Shown piece by piece: positions 1-9,830 of a DNA stretch of 64,000 nt; position 1 is the first letter of the stretch, and the number at the start of each line of letters is the position of its first letter. The notes beneath the pieces were generated by a model. That model was not told the DNA's origin, did not search any database, and was given only the letters and a program-made list of their open reading frames with translations. A program made the translations under genes and the position numbers. Source of the DNA: an uncultured Armatimonadetes bacterium (lineage in GTDB: Bacteria > Armatimonadota > Hebobacteria > Hebobacterales > Hebobacteraceae); the NCBI GenBank assembly GCA_963716175.1, contig OY970296.1, forward strand, positions 1,696,001-1,760,000. Direction: 5' to 3'.

Positions 1-2
1 GC

Positions 3-647
3 GGCACCTATCCGGTGGTGTTTGGGCCCCTGGCAGCGGGTGGTTTGTTCGGCGGCCTGTGCGGCGCGGCAAGCGCGGAGGAGGTACAGCGAAACCGCTC
101 CTTTCTGGTGGGCAGAAAGGGAGAGCAAGTCGCCTCCGAGCAGGTGACATTGGTGGACGATCCGCTGATTGCCGGTGGGCTGGGGTCGAGCATCTGCGAT
201 GGCGACGGGTTCCCACATCGCCGGGTGACGGTGGTCGAGCGGGGTGTGCTGAGGACCTATCTCCACAGCCATTATACGGCGAAGAAGGCCGGGGAGGAGA
301 ATACGGGGCACTCCACCCGGGGAGGGATCGCGGGCACCAATGTCATCCCGGCCCTGGGCGAGAAGACCGCGGCCGAGATCATCGCGGAGGTGGAGGACGG
401 GCTCTACGTCACGCTCGGCCGGCCCTACCCCGATACCGCGTCGGGCCAAGTGTCGGCTTTGGTGGATGCGGGGTTTCGTATCAAGAAAGGGAAGCTGACT
501 TATCCTCTCAGGAACACTATGGTGGCGGGACAGGGCCTGGAGCTGCTGGCGAACATAGACGCCATCTCCTCGGACTACCGGGCGGAGCCAGGGATGGTGC
601 TGCCGACGGTGAGGGTGCAAGGGGTGAGAGTGGCGGGAGGCGGGTAA
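3..647 (+). CDS. TldD/PmbA (TldE) family metallopeptidase, C-terminal part (5' end outside window)
   Basis: GTYPVVFGP, VTLVDDP...DGDG...VERGVLRTYL and G-F-I-G-L-P-N motifs typical of the PmbA/TldD C-terminal domain; frame open from the window start. Confidence 0.85.
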   Translation, partial: GTYPVVFGPLAAGGLFGGLCGAASAEEVQRNRSFLVGRKGEQVASEQVTLVDDPLIAGGLGSSICDGDGFPHRRVTVVERGVLRTYLHSHYTAKKAGEENTGHSTRGGIAGTNVIPALGEKTAAEIIAEVEDGLYVTLGRPYPDTASGQVSALVDAGFRIKKGKLTYPLRNTMVAGQGLELLANIDAISSDYRAEPGMVLPTVRVQGVRVAGGG

Positions 648-658
648 GAGGACAGCGA

Positions 659-729
659 TAGGCTGGGCGCATTCGAGGGGGGGAGGGGAACCCTCCCCCC
701 CTCGATTCTTCCCACTCCCTTGTGGGAGG
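659..729. repeat. Palindromic intergenic repeat, copy 1 (second copy at 4017-4090)
   Basis: taggctgggcgcat-tcgagggggggaggg-gaa-ccctccccccctcga-ttct hairpin; near-identical to 4017-4066. Confidence 0.75.
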
Positions 730-839
730 CAGCAGCCTGTGCCTGCGTCCGTTCGCAGGGACGGTTGTTGTGCTGGGCAGGTCGCGGATGGCTAGGCTCT
801 GCCGCCACGGCGCCCCAACGGGCCTAGCCGCCTGGCATA

Positions 840-1454
840 CTATCTCTTGACCACCAGTTCTCCGTCGGGCTCTAGCGATCCACTCAAGTCCAGGTGGCCG
901 CCGATACTGTCTACCGGCTTACCCTCTACCAGGATCTGGACTCGCGTGACGCCGGGCAGGGAGGCGAGGGTGTTGACGATGGCGTAGACGACGACGCCCT
1001 CGTGGTCGGACCCGCCCTCGAAGTTGGAGATCAGCTCGCGGCTGAAGTCCACCGTAGCGAGGCCATTCTCGACGCGCAGGCCGCCTATGGTCGTGCCTGT
1101 TGGCAGAGGCCGCTGGCAGCCGGGCGGCACTTCGCCGCCGATGAGCTCCTGCAGCGCGGCGCGGGCCGGAGCTTCGCGAGGCAGGTCGCGAGGTAAAGCA
1201 ACCAAGCGCTCTTCACCACCAACCACACGCGCGAAGTAGAGCTGTGCGCGCACACGAGGCTGGCTGCTGGCAGCAGTCGAAGTGGGATGGATGACCGGCC
1301 GAGCGGCGGGCGCACCGCGGACGCGGTGCGGGCGCGGCCTCAGATACCGAGGGTAGAGACGGGAGAAGGCCAGACCTGCGACCACCAGGGCGATGAGCAG
1401 AAGGAGAGCGACCGTGGGGCCGCGCGATTGGCGACGTCTGCGTTTGTGGCTCAT
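840..1454 (-). CDS. GerMN domain membrane-anchored protein
   Basis: N-terminal TM helix; LYF...ALQELIGG...ATVDFS...AIVNTL..LPGV..VQILVEG GerMN signature. Confidence 0.85.
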   Translation of the reverse strand: MSHKRRRRQSRGPTVALLLLIALVVAGLAFSRLYPRYLRPRPHRVRGAPAARPVIHPTSTAASSQPRVRAQLYFARVVGGEERLVALPRDLPREAPARAALQELIGGEVPPGCQRPLPTGTTIGGLRVENGLATVDFSRELISNFEGGSDHEGVVVYAIVNTLASLPGVTRVQILVEGKPVDSIGGHLDLSGSLEPDGELVVKR

Positions 1455-2824
1455 TCCCCTGGGGTGCTCAGCGTGGGCGCTTCAGATAGAAAACGAATCA
1501 TGCCCTGGAGTATAGCACGCGTGGCGCGCTCCCGGAAGCTGGGGTTGATCAGGCGCAGCCGGTCGCCCTCGTGGTTGATGAACGCGCTCTCCACCAGGAT
1601 GCCAGGTCCCTGGGTGCGGCGGATGACGGCGAAGTTGGCGCTCCGTATCCCTTTGTCATCAGTGCCCAGGGCCGAGATCAGCTCCTCCTGCACCAGCTTC
1701 GCCAGCTCGATGCTGTTTTCGTGATCGTAGTAGACGCTGGTGCCGCGGAGGGTGTCGGGTGTGCGGTAGGAGTTGCAGTGGATGCTGACAAAGGCGTCGG
1801 CCTTCAGCTCATTAGCCAGCGCTGCCCGGGCCTGAAGAGTGACATAGGTGTCGTCCTCGCGGGTCATGGTGACGGCCGCCCCCTCGGCCTGGAGCAGCCG
1901 GGCGAGGCGAATGCCGATGTCCAGCACAACGTCCTTTTCGAAGGGCGGCTGCGGCGGTGGCCCTGGCAGGGCGGGGGCGCCGATGTCCTTGCCTCCGTGG
2001 CCGGGGTCAACGACGATGCGCTTCCCGCGGAGCCGTGCGGCGGCATGGTAAGGCGGTGGGGGCAGGGCCCACGGCTCGGGCCCGATAGCCAGCAGCAGAT
2101 CGGGGCCGTCGGAGAAGAGAATGTAGGGCCGGGGCTGCGGCAGCTCGACTACGAGCCGGGCCACAGGGTGGCCGCAGGCAGGGGCCTGCTGGGCCATGCG
2201 CAGCTCTCGCACTGGGCCCTCGGAGAAATCCTGGCGGAAGCTGGCCGACAGCACGGCGTCGGTAAGATCGGCGTAGATGCGGGGAGGGTCATTGAGGGTG
2301 GCCTGGCGCCGGGGGAGACTGGCCGCGCCAGCGAGCCGAAGCAAGACGGTGTCGCCATCTGCCTTCACGGCCGGCGGCTGGAGCGCGACGGGACCGCGCG
2401 GGCCCAGGCTTACTATGGTCTCTCCCGGCCTGCCCTGAACCACGCGCCAGGCAGGCGGCGGGCTGGAGCCCAGGTCCAGCACCATGCGCACCTTTGCGGG
2501 GTCTGACTGGTATTGCCCGACGCGGAGCTGGCGGAGGCCGGCCGCGCCGAGATCGAAGCAGGGGGTTTGATCGGCGGCGAGGACGGCGTCAGGCACGTCG
2601 AAGACCAGGCGTGGAGGACCATCGAGGGAGAAGGACTCCAGCTCGAGGGTCCGGCTGTCGGAAGACAGGATGGCGATGGCGAGCGCGCTGCCCTCGGGCC
2701 GCACCTCGACCCGGGTGGTGGCCGCCCCCCAGGCCCCGGCCGGGGCCAGCAGCGCGGCCATGAAGAACGCGAGCAGCCATCGGCACGCCCCCAGCTCGCG
2801 GCGTAAGCAACCCTTCCCGCTCAT
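1451..2824 (-). CDS. N-acetylmuramoyl-L-alanine amidase (Amidase_3) with N-terminal AMIN domains
   Basis: Signal peptide; PPRLVFD/PPRIYADL AMIN motifs; IVVDPGHGG, EK, FVSIHCN, ILVE catalytic motifs. Confidence 0.92.
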   Translation of the reverse strand: MSGKGCLRRELGACRWLLAFFMAALLAPAGAWGAATTRVEVRPEGSALAIAILSSDSRTLELESFSLDGPPRLVFDVPDAVLAADQTPCFDLGAAGLRQLRVGQYQSDPAKVRMVLDLGSSPPPAWRVVQGRPGETIVSLGPRGPVALQPPAVKADGDTVLLRLAGAASLPRRQATLNDPPRIYADLTDAVLSASFRQDFSEGPVRELRMAQQAPACGHPVARLVVELPQPRPYILFSDGPDLLLAIGPEPWALPPPPYHAAARLRGKRIVVDPGHGGKDIGAPALPGPPPQPPFEKDVVLDIGIRLARLLQAEGAAVTMTREDDTYVTLQARAALANELKADAFVSIHCNSYRTPDTLRGTSVYYDHENSIELAKLVQEELISALGTDDKGIRSANFAVIRRTQGPGILVESAFINHEGDRLRLINPSFRERATRAILQGMIRFLSEAPTLSTPGE

Positions 2825-2935
2825 GCTCCTGCTCCCTGGGAGTTATGCCACAAGAGGGGGCAGAAAACCAACTGAAGTCACTCCGATGCCCCCACGGGAA
2901 GGGACGGGGCCGGGGAGACGCAGAAGACGGATGCC

Positions 2936-4019
2936 ATGGCCTGGAGCATCCTGGCACGGTGGAGAGTGGACCGGGACTACTTCCGTGCCTGCCGGCTGGC
3001 GCGCGCGGGCCAGCCCGGGGAGGCGGCGAAGGCTTTCGAGCGCGTGCTGGCGGTCTACCCCAAGCACGCGCGGGCGCTGGCACAGCGGGCCCTGGCGCTG
3101 GCCGCCGCGGGGCGGGTTGGCGACGGGGTGCGGGCGGCACGCCAGGCGGCCGAGTTGGCCCCCAGGAATCACGCTCCACTGCTGTTCCTGGGGCAGATCC
3201 AATATGATGCGGGCCGGTTCGAAGAGGCGCGCAAGGCCTTCTCTGCGGCGGCGCGAGTGGATCCCGAGAATCACCTGGTGCAGGCCTACCTGGGGTTGGC
3301 GTTGCTGGCGCTGGGGCGCAGTAAGGAGGGGGCCGAGCTGGTGAAGGCGCATCTCCTGTACGCGAACGAGGGGCTGGAGGGCCGGCTGCTGGCGCTGGCG
3401 GAGCGATATCTGTGGGAGCGCCGGGATCGGGCGCGGTCGCTGGAGGATCAGCTGACAGCGGAGGAAGGTGGGGCGGATTCTCGGCCGGCCGGGCTTGATC
3501 TGCGGTTGATCTCGGCGGTCAGGGCGATGGTGCTCTTGCCTCTCGCCCTGCTGCGCGGGCGGAGGGCGAGGCTGATCCTGCGGGCCGAAGAGGCGATGTC
3601 GGTGCGGGACTTCGAGGGCGCCATCACATCGCTGCGCGCGGCGGGGGAAGCTGGGGCCGACCCGGAGTGGGTGGCCCTGTCTCTGGCCGGCGCCTACCTG
3701 CAATTGCGCAAGCCGGAGGCAGCGGCGGAGCAAGCGGGGCGGGTGTCCGAGGAGGCGCGGCGCGATCCCGGGGTGGCGATGCTGGCTGGAGAGGCGCTGT
3801 TGGGGGCGGGACGCTATGCCGAGGCGCGGGAGCCGCTCGGGACCGCGGCGGCCCGCTTCACCCGCGAGTTCGCGCCCTGCTATCTTCGGGGCCTGTGTGA
3901 GATCGCGCTGGGCCAGCCGCAGGCCGCCACCGCCTGGTTTGTGCAGGCTTGCGAGCGGCTGAACCCGCACATCGCGGAGAAGCGGTTAGAGGGAGATGGT
4001 CAGAGTAGCAGGGCGGTAG
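2936..4019 (+). CDS. Tetratricopeptide repeat protein; probable +1 frameshift near 3991 (corrected stop TAG at 4017-4019)
   Basis: Multiple TPR-like Ala-rich helices; removing one G from 'ttagagggagatg' gives RLEEMVRVAGR* ending exactly where the intergenic repeat begins. Confidence 0.75.
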
Positions 4020-4090
4020 GCTTGGTGCATTCGAGAGGGGAGGGAGGACCCTCCCCTCTCGATTCTCACCCCTCCCCTGTGGGGGGAGGG
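4017..4090. repeat. Palindromic intergenic repeat, copy 2
   Basis: taggcttggtgcat-tcgagaggggaggg-agga-ccctcccctctcga-ttct; compensatory A/T change relative to copy 1. Confidence 0.75.
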
Positions 4091-4091
4091 C

Positions 4092-4137
4092 GGCGGGCAT
4101 GCCCCTCGCTGCGTTCAGGGACATACCCGCCCTACAG
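4092..4137 (-). repeat. GTAG-type REP-like element with internal insert
   Basis: ggcgggcatg-cccctcgctgcgttcaggg-acatacccgccctacag; similar to 51338-51393. Confidence 0.65.
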
Positions 4138-4200
4138 ACAGACGGCGCCAAGGGAAACGGGCTGACGGGGAGAATCCTCCGTTCGGCCAAAGGAGGAAGC

Positions 4201-4956
4201 ATGCCCGCGTATCGGAGAGACCGCAGTCGTGTCGAGAAGGCACTGCGCCAGTCTGGCATCGTGGTGGTGATGAACCGGGATCATGTGAAGAAGGCCGAGG
4301 ACCTGGTCATCACCATGTGGGAGGTCTACCAGGCCGGGTATGTCGCCGAGTGCACCTTCCGCATTGACCAGCCTATCATCGAGGAGGCGATGCAGGAACT
4401 GGTGAAGCGCCGCGCCGCGGCGCCGGCGGAGAAGCCGTTCGTGCTGGGGGTGGGCAGTGTGATCAACCCGAAGGAGCTGGAGGCAGCGATCGGGATGGGA
4501 TTCGATATGGTGGTGGCGCCGGCGAATGTGATGGGCGGCTATGGCAGAGGCTCGGAGTTCGTGCACTACGCCCACGCCGAGAACGTGTTCGCCGCGCCCG
4601 CAGTGCTGACACCCACCGAGCTGCAGTACTTCATCGAGCGCAACGACGGCCTGGAGCCAGACTGCGTGAAGATCTTCCCGGCCGGGGTGCATGGGCCCGC
4701 CGGCGTGGCCGATCTGCTGGCGCCGTATGTGCGGGATCGCCACCGGGGGCGGATGATCATGCCGACCGGCGGGGTGAACGCGGAGACCGGGCCGCAGTAT
4801 CAGGAAAGCATCGGCAAACGCGGCCACTTCCCCGTGCTGGGAATGTCGGCGCCGCTGGCATTGGTGGGGAAGGTGAAGAAGCCGGGTGACTTGGATACCA
4901 TCCGGCAATCGCTGGCGGAGTTCAAGGAGAAGTTCAGGCCGTACCGGCCTGCGTAG
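4201..4956 (+). CDS. KDPG/KHG aldolase family protein
   Basis: RBS ggaggaagc-ATG; ECTFR, GVGSV, Schiff-base VKIFPA and MPTGGV motifs. Confidence 0.8.
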   Translation: MPAYRRDRSRVEKALRQSGIVVVMNRDHVKKAEDLVITMWEVYQAGYVAECTFRIDQPIIEEAMQELVKRRAAAPAEKPFVLGVGSVINPKELEAAIGMGFDMVVAPANVMGGYGRGSEFVHYAHAENVFAAPAVLTPTELQYFIERNDGLEPDCVKIFPAGVHGPAGVADLLAPYVRDRHRGRMIMPTGGVNAETGPQYQESIGKRGHFPVLGMSAPLALVGKVKKPGDLDTIRQSLAEFKEKFRPYRPA

Positions 4957-4960
4957 GGAT

Positions 4961-4992
4961 TCACCGCAGAGGCGCGGAGAACGCAGAGGGAG
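4961..4992 (+). repeat. Short caccgcagaggcgcggagaacgcagag intergenic repeat motif
   Basis: Imperfect 9-mer tandem (cgcagagg/cgcggaga/cgcagagg) between two operon genes. Confidence 0.4.
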
Positions 4993-4997
4993 CTGGC

Positions 4998-5867
4998 ATG
5001 TGCAAACCCGATGACGGTCTCTTCGACATCACCGGCAAGGTAGTCGCGATCACTGGCGCGGCCGGGGTGATCTATGGCGCCATCGCCCGCGGGCTGGCGG
5101 CGCGGGGAGCGAAGGTGGCGCTGCTGGACCTGCTGGCGGACAAGGCGCAGGAGATCGCCGACCACATCAAGGCGGATGGCGGCGAGGCCATCGCGGTGGG
5201 CTGCAATGTGCTGGAGCCGGAGAGCATTCAGGCGGCCTTGGATACCATCCTCAAGGCCTTCGGTCGCGTGGATGTGCTGATCAACGGGGCCGGCGGCAAT
5301 CGCGCGGGAGCGACCGTGCCCCGTGACGGGAAGTTCACGGAGCTGGCGCTTGAGGAAGTAGACAAGGTCTTCGCGCTGAACTACAAGGGGACGTTCCTGC
5401 CGACGCAGATTTTCTGCAAGCACTTCGCCCAGCGGGGGAAGGGGGTCGTGGTGAACACCTCCTCCATGTCCGCCATCGCGCCCCTCACCAATGTGCCGGG
5501 TTATTCCAACGCCAAGGCCGCGGTGACGAATTTCACGCAATGGCTGGCGGTGCAGGTGAAAGTGGATTACCCGGAGGCCGAGATTCGGGTGAATGAGATC
5601 GCGCCCGGGTTCCTGGACACCACGCAGAACCATCGTTTGCTGTTCGAGGCCAATGACAAGACGCTGACACCGCGGGGGAGGTCTATCATCGCCAATACCC
5701 CGTTCGGGCGATTTGGGGACCCACGGGAATTGCTGGGCCCGATCCTGCTGCTGATCTCGGAGGCGGGGAGTTTTCTGCACGGCACGACGATCGCGATAGA
5801 TGGAGGATTCTCGATCTACTCCGGGGTGGGGCCCTTGGACGAGAAGAAGGCCAAAGCCGCGGGGTGA
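4998..5867 (+). CDS. SDR family oxidoreductase, D-mannonate oxidoreductase (UxuB)-like
   Basis: TGAAGVIY, LINGAGGN, YSNAK, NFTQWLAV, IRVNEIAPGF, QN..LL, TP.GRFG.P.EL.G motifs. Confidence 0.85.
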   Translation: MCKPDDGLFDITGKVVAITGAAGVIYGAIARGLAARGAKVALLDLLADKAQEIADHIKADGGEAIAVGCNVLEPESIQAALDTILKAFGRVDVLINGAGGNRAGATVPRDGKFTELALEEVDKVFALNYKGTFLPTQIFCKHFAQRGKGVVVNTSSMSAIAPLTNVPGYSNAKAAVTNFTQWLAVQVKVDYPEAEIRVNEIAPGFLDTTQNHRLLFEANDKTLTPRGRSIIANTPFGRFGDPRELLGPILLLISEAGSFLHGTTIAIDGGFSIYSGVGPLDEKKAKAAG

Positions 5868-6018
5868 GCCGGGAGAACGGACTTCGCCCCGCGGGGCAGG
5901 TCGCGAACGCGCCCTACCCGGTATCTGGGGTGGGGGTCCCACGGCGAGTGTGGCGAGGAGGCGAGGGATGGCTGTTCTTCGGGATGTCTCGGGTTTGCGA
6001 TCCCGGGAGCATCCTGGC

Positions 6019-8619
6019 ATGGTGAACGGCCGGCGGGTATCCGCCTCCGGCGGATACCCGCCCTGCAGGTGGCCCGCCCTACAAGTGGCGCTGGTGATGA
6101 TCGCGCTGGCGGCAGGCCTGGTGCCGACGGCGAGCGGGGCGGTGGGGCGCGAGCTGTCGCTACGCTTTACCGCAGGGCAGTTCATGGGGTTGCGGGCGGG
6201 ACAGGAGGCCCTGCCCAGCAACGGCCTGGGCGGGTTCTACGCGCAGGTCTACCGGAACGCCACCGGCCCTAATCTGCTGCGCGAGCGCGGCCTGGAGGGA
6301 TTGCCGCGGCCCTTACCCACGGGCTTCGCGCTCGACCGCAGTGTGAGGTGGGAGGGGCACCCGACCCTCACCATCAAGCTTCCCGAGGAGAAGCTGAGCG
6401 ACTCCGGGGAGCTGGAGCTGCATGCCGACCAGGTGCAGCCGCACCGCACCTACCTGCTTCGGTTCGCGCATCGCGGGGAGCGGCTGGACGGAGCATTCCC
6501 GCCGATCCTGCATATCCGCCAGCTCGACCAGGCCGGGGAGTATGCGACACCTCAGCTCAATGTTGATCTGCTGAATGGCAGCTATGACTGGAAAGAGGAG
6601 GTGATCGCGGTCCCCGCGGTGGAGAAGGCGGCGCAGTTCGTGCTGATGCTGCATCACCCCCGGGGTATGGGGCAGTTCTGGATCGGCGAGATCACGCTCC
6701 AGGAGGTGAAGCGGCAGCCGACTCTCCCAGTGCCCGGGATGTGGGAGGGCGCGGCGCAGCCGCACTTTGCCGGCGTCATTCCGGGGACAGAGATCACTCT
6801 GGAGGCGCGGGCGCGGCCGGCGGGCAATGTCATCACCATCCAGGCCACGCTCTCGGCCCCTTCCGCTTGGCTTCGCAGCCACCCGACCGGGGTGGTGTTG
6901 AGCTTCCGGCTTCCGCTGACTGCCACCGGCTGGAGGTGGGGAGACGACCTGCGGCGGGAGCGAGAGATCGAGCGGGGGAAGAGCTACTCGCATTACCAGG
7001 TGATCGGCCGGCGCCAGTTCCGCGAAGTCTGCTACTTTCCGATGGCGGCGGTGGCCGGACCCGAGCATGGGATTGCCCTGATGCTGCCGCTCAAGCCGAC
7101 GCTGCTCTCCCGGCTGCGCTACGAGGGGGAGGGCTACCTCTGCGCCGAGTTCGACCTGGGCCTGGCGGACCGGGGGAAAGGCGAGGTGGAGAGCGTCTTC
7201 TTTTCCTTCGATGTGGTGCGGTTCGATCCGAGGTGGGGCTGGCGGAGCGCGCTGGCCGCCTACTACGCCCGCTACCCGGAGCTGTTCGCCAGCGGGGCGA
7301 AAGAGGGCGGGTGGTGGAGCGGGCCCAGCGAGCAGGTGAGGAATCTGCAGGACTTCGGCCTGCAGTATGCGGAGCAGCACTTTGCGCGGGCCGACCGAGC
7401 CAAGGCCGAGGATGAGATGGGGCTGTACACTTGCTCCTACAGCGAGCCCTGGATGTGGCGCATCTTCGTGAGCCCGGAGGATAGGCTCGCCCTCGCCAAG
7501 CCACTCAGCTTCTATCTGCCAGGCATCGAGCGCGATGCCAACCTGGCCGAGTCGGTGATGGACGACCACGATTACTGGACCGCGCCCAGGCGGGAGTCGG
7601 TGCGAGCCTTCCTGAACTCGGTGATCTTCGGGCCGGATGGCAAGTACCAGGAGAATGCGGTGCGGAGCTATGAGAGCAGCGTGATGGAGATGAACACCTC
7701 GTGCTTGCCTGGCATCCGCAGCAGGCGCTGGGGTGACATGAACCGCGGCCTGCTCTCCTATCGCTACGAGACGCTGGAGGACGCCAAGCGCTGCGCCGCG
7801 GGCGGCGCGCGACTGGATGGCGTCTACTTCGACTCGGTGGGGGATTGGTCCGACATCTCGGCGGAGGATCATCGCGCCGAGCACTTCCGGTTCGCCTCCT
7901 ATCCGCTGACTTTCAGCTATGCCACGGGCCGGCCGGTGATCTCCGGGCTGGCGGCGATGGCCGAGTACATGGAGTTCATCCGCGAGAGGAACTACGTCAC
8001 CATGGCCAACTCCGATCACGGGTATGCCGGCTATGCGGCGCCCTTTCTGGACATGATCGGGGCGGGGGAGAATATCGGCGAGGAGGCGGCCAGCGATGAG
8101 GCGCTGAGCCACGACCGGGAGATCGCCTTTCGCAAGAGCGTGAGCTTCGGCAACGCGGGGATGCTCTCGGCCTCGCCCGAGGAGGCGGAGGCACGCTTTC
8201 GGCTGCTGCTGTTCTATCATGTCTATCCAGGCATCTTCTTCTCGGGTGCGGAGTCGCTGGAGAGGGTGCGGCCGCTCTACCAGCGCTACATCCCGCTGAT
8301 GCGGGAGATGGGGGCGGCGGGGTGGGAGCCGGTGCCGTGGGCGACACTCGCGGACCCAGAGCTGTGGGTGGAGCGGTATGGGCCGGGGCCCGCAGGGCGG
8401 GCCTACTTCGCCATCCGCAACCCAGGCGAGCGGCCGCGGTCGTCGGTGCTGACGGTGGAGCCGAGCGGTTTCGCGAGACCAGTGACCTCACGCATTGTCG
8501 TGAGCGATGCCGTGAGCGGCCGCGGCATCACCTACCAGCGCTCCGCGAGCAGGCTGCTGGTGCCAGTTGAAGTAGCGGCCGGGGATACGGTGGTGGTGCG
8601 AGTGGAGTGGCCGAGGTAA
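6019..8619 (+). CDS. Large secreted protein, putative CBM-like domain plus glycoside-hydrolase-like TIM barrel (start uncertain: 6019/6085/6097)
   Basis: Hydrophobic signal segment; NLL...GSYDW CBM-like region; LDGVYFDS motif; located in a sugar catabolic cluster. Confidence 0.6.
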   Translation: MVNGRRVSASGGYPPCRWPALQVALVMIALAAGLVPTASGAVGRELSLRFTAGQFMGLRAGQEALPSNGLGGFYAQVYRNATGPNLLRERGLEGLPRPLPTGFALDRSVRWEGHPTLTIKLPEEKLSDSGELELHADQVQPHRTYLLRFAHRGERLDGAFPPILHIRQLDQAGEYATPQLNVDLLNGSYDWKEEVIAVPAVEKAAQFVLMLHHPRGMGQFWIGEITLQEVKRQPTLPVPGMWEGAAQPHFAGVIPGTEITLEARARPAGNVITIQATLSAPSAWLRSHPTGVVLSFRLPLTATGWRWGDDLRREREIERGKSYSHYQVIGRRQFREVCYFPMAAVAGPEHGIALMLPLKPTLLSRLRYEGEGYLCAEFDLGLADRGKGEVESVFFSFDVVRFDPRWGWRSALAAYYARYPELFASGAKEGGWWSGPSEQVRNLQDFGLQYAEQHFARADRAKAEDEMGLYTCSYSEPWMWRIFVSPEDRLALAKPLSFYLPGIERDANLAESVMDDHDYWTAPRRESVRAFLNSVIFGPDGKYQENAVRSYESSVMEMNTSCLPGIRSRRWGDMNRGLLSYRYETLEDAKRCAAGGARLDGVYFDSVGDWSDISAEDHRAEHFRFASYPLTFSYATGRPVISGLAAMAEYMEFIRERNYVTMANSDHGYAGYAAPFLDMIGAGENIGEEAASDEALSHDREIAFRKSVSFGNAGMLSASPEEAEARFRLLLFYHVYPGIFFSGAESLERVRPLYQRYIPLMREMGAAGWEPVPWATLADPELWVERYGPGPAGRAYFAIRNPGERPRSSVLTVEPSGFARPVTSRIVVSDAVSGRGITYQRSASRLLVPVEVAAGDTVVVRVEWPR

Positions 8620-8641
8620 GTGCGCAAGGAGGAGGTCGCAA

Positions 8642-9793
8642 GTGAGACTGGCGATACGCGGCGGGCAGGTCGTCACGCCCCTGGAGGCATTCCAACAGGC
8701 CGATGTGCTGATCGAGGAAGGCCGGATCGTCGCGGTCGGGCCGGGCGCGGCGAGTGCGGAGACGTGCGAGACGATTGACGCGGCCGGACGCATTGTCGCC
8801 CCCGGCTTTGTGGATGTTCACATTCACGGCAGCGCCGGACATGATACCATGGATGCGACCCGGGAGGCGATCGAGGGGATCGCCCGGTTCATCGCCGCCC
8901 ATGGCGTCACGTCGTTCTGCCCCACAACCCTCACGCAGCCCATCGCCGACATCATGCGCTCGGTGCGCGCGGTGTACGAGTGCATGGAGAGCGGCATTGA
9001 GAGCGGCGCGCAGCCGCTGGGAGTGCACCTCGAAGGGCCCTGCGTTGACGCCAAGATGAAGGGCGCGCAGCCGGAGCAGCACATCACCTCCGGTTCGGCC
9101 ATCGCATACCAGCAGCTCTTTGAACTCGGCAACATCAGACTCATCACCCTCGCACCCGAGATCGCCGAGAACCGCGAGCTCATTGCCTTCGCTCGCAGCC
9201 AAGGGGCGATCGTGGTCGTCGGCCACTCGTCGGCCAGCTACGAGGACTTGGTGGAGGCGGTTAAGCTCGGGGTCAATCACGCCACCCACACCTTCAACCA
9301 GATGCAGGGCCTGCACCACCGCGCGCCGGGCACCGTCGGCGGGGTGTTGCTACTGGATGAGATCTACGCCGAGTTCATCGCCGACGGCGTGCACCTGCAT
9401 CCCGCGACCGTAGACATGATCGTGCGGCTCAAGGGCCCGGACAAGGCGCTGGCGATCACGGACGCCATCAGCGGCGCCGGCATGCCGGATGGCGAGTACG
9501 AGCTTGGGGGCCAGCCCATAGTGGTGAAGGAGGGCGCGGTGCGGCTTGCTAGCGGGGCGCTCGCCGGCAGCGCGCTCACACTCGATGTTGCGGTGGGCAA
9601 TATCGTGAAGTTCACCCGCGCCTCAGTGCGCGAGGCCATTCAGATGGCAACCCTCACGCCCGCCCGCTCCATCGGCGTCTCCAGCCGCAAGGGGAGCCTG
9701 GAGCCGGGGAAGGACGCGGATGTGGTGATGCTGACGCCAGACTTGAAGGTGGCGATGACGATAGTGGGGGGAAAGGTAGTGTATCGGGCGTGA
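8642..9793 (+). CDS. nagA: N-acetylglucosamine-6-phosphate deacetylase
   Basis: PGFVDVHIHG, GVHLEGP, TLAPE, GHS, THTFNQM, IADGVH, ITDA, LAGS motifs; strong RBS aaggaggagg. Confidence 0.95.
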   Translation: MRLAIRGGQVVTPLEAFQQADVLIEEGRIVAVGPGAASAETCETIDAAGRIVAPGFVDVHIHGSAGHDTMDATREAIEGIARFIAAHGVTSFCPTTLTQPIADIMRSVRAVYECMESGIESGAQPLGVHLEGPCVDAKMKGAQPEQHITSGSAIAYQQLFELGNIRLITLAPEIAENRELIAFARSQGAIVVVGHSSASYEDLVEAVKLGVNHATHTFNQMQGLHHRAPGTVGGVLLLDEIYAEFIADGVHLHPATVDMIVRLKGPDKALAITDAISGAGMPDGEYELGGQPIVVKEGAVRLASGALAGSALTLDVAVGNIVKFTRASVREAIQMATLTPARSIGVSSRKGSLEPGKDADVVMLTPDLKVAMTIVGGKVVYRA

Positions 9794-9830
9794 GAGGACT
9801 GGCCCTGCTCCGCCAAGGCTACGCAGGGCA

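Noticed and set aside
6313-8220. 635-aa minus-strand ORF (and similar long shadows at 31885-33066, 42850-44265, 47828-49078, 54932-56245, 57796-59430)
   Set aside because: Antisense to well-supported genes; explained by GC3 bias
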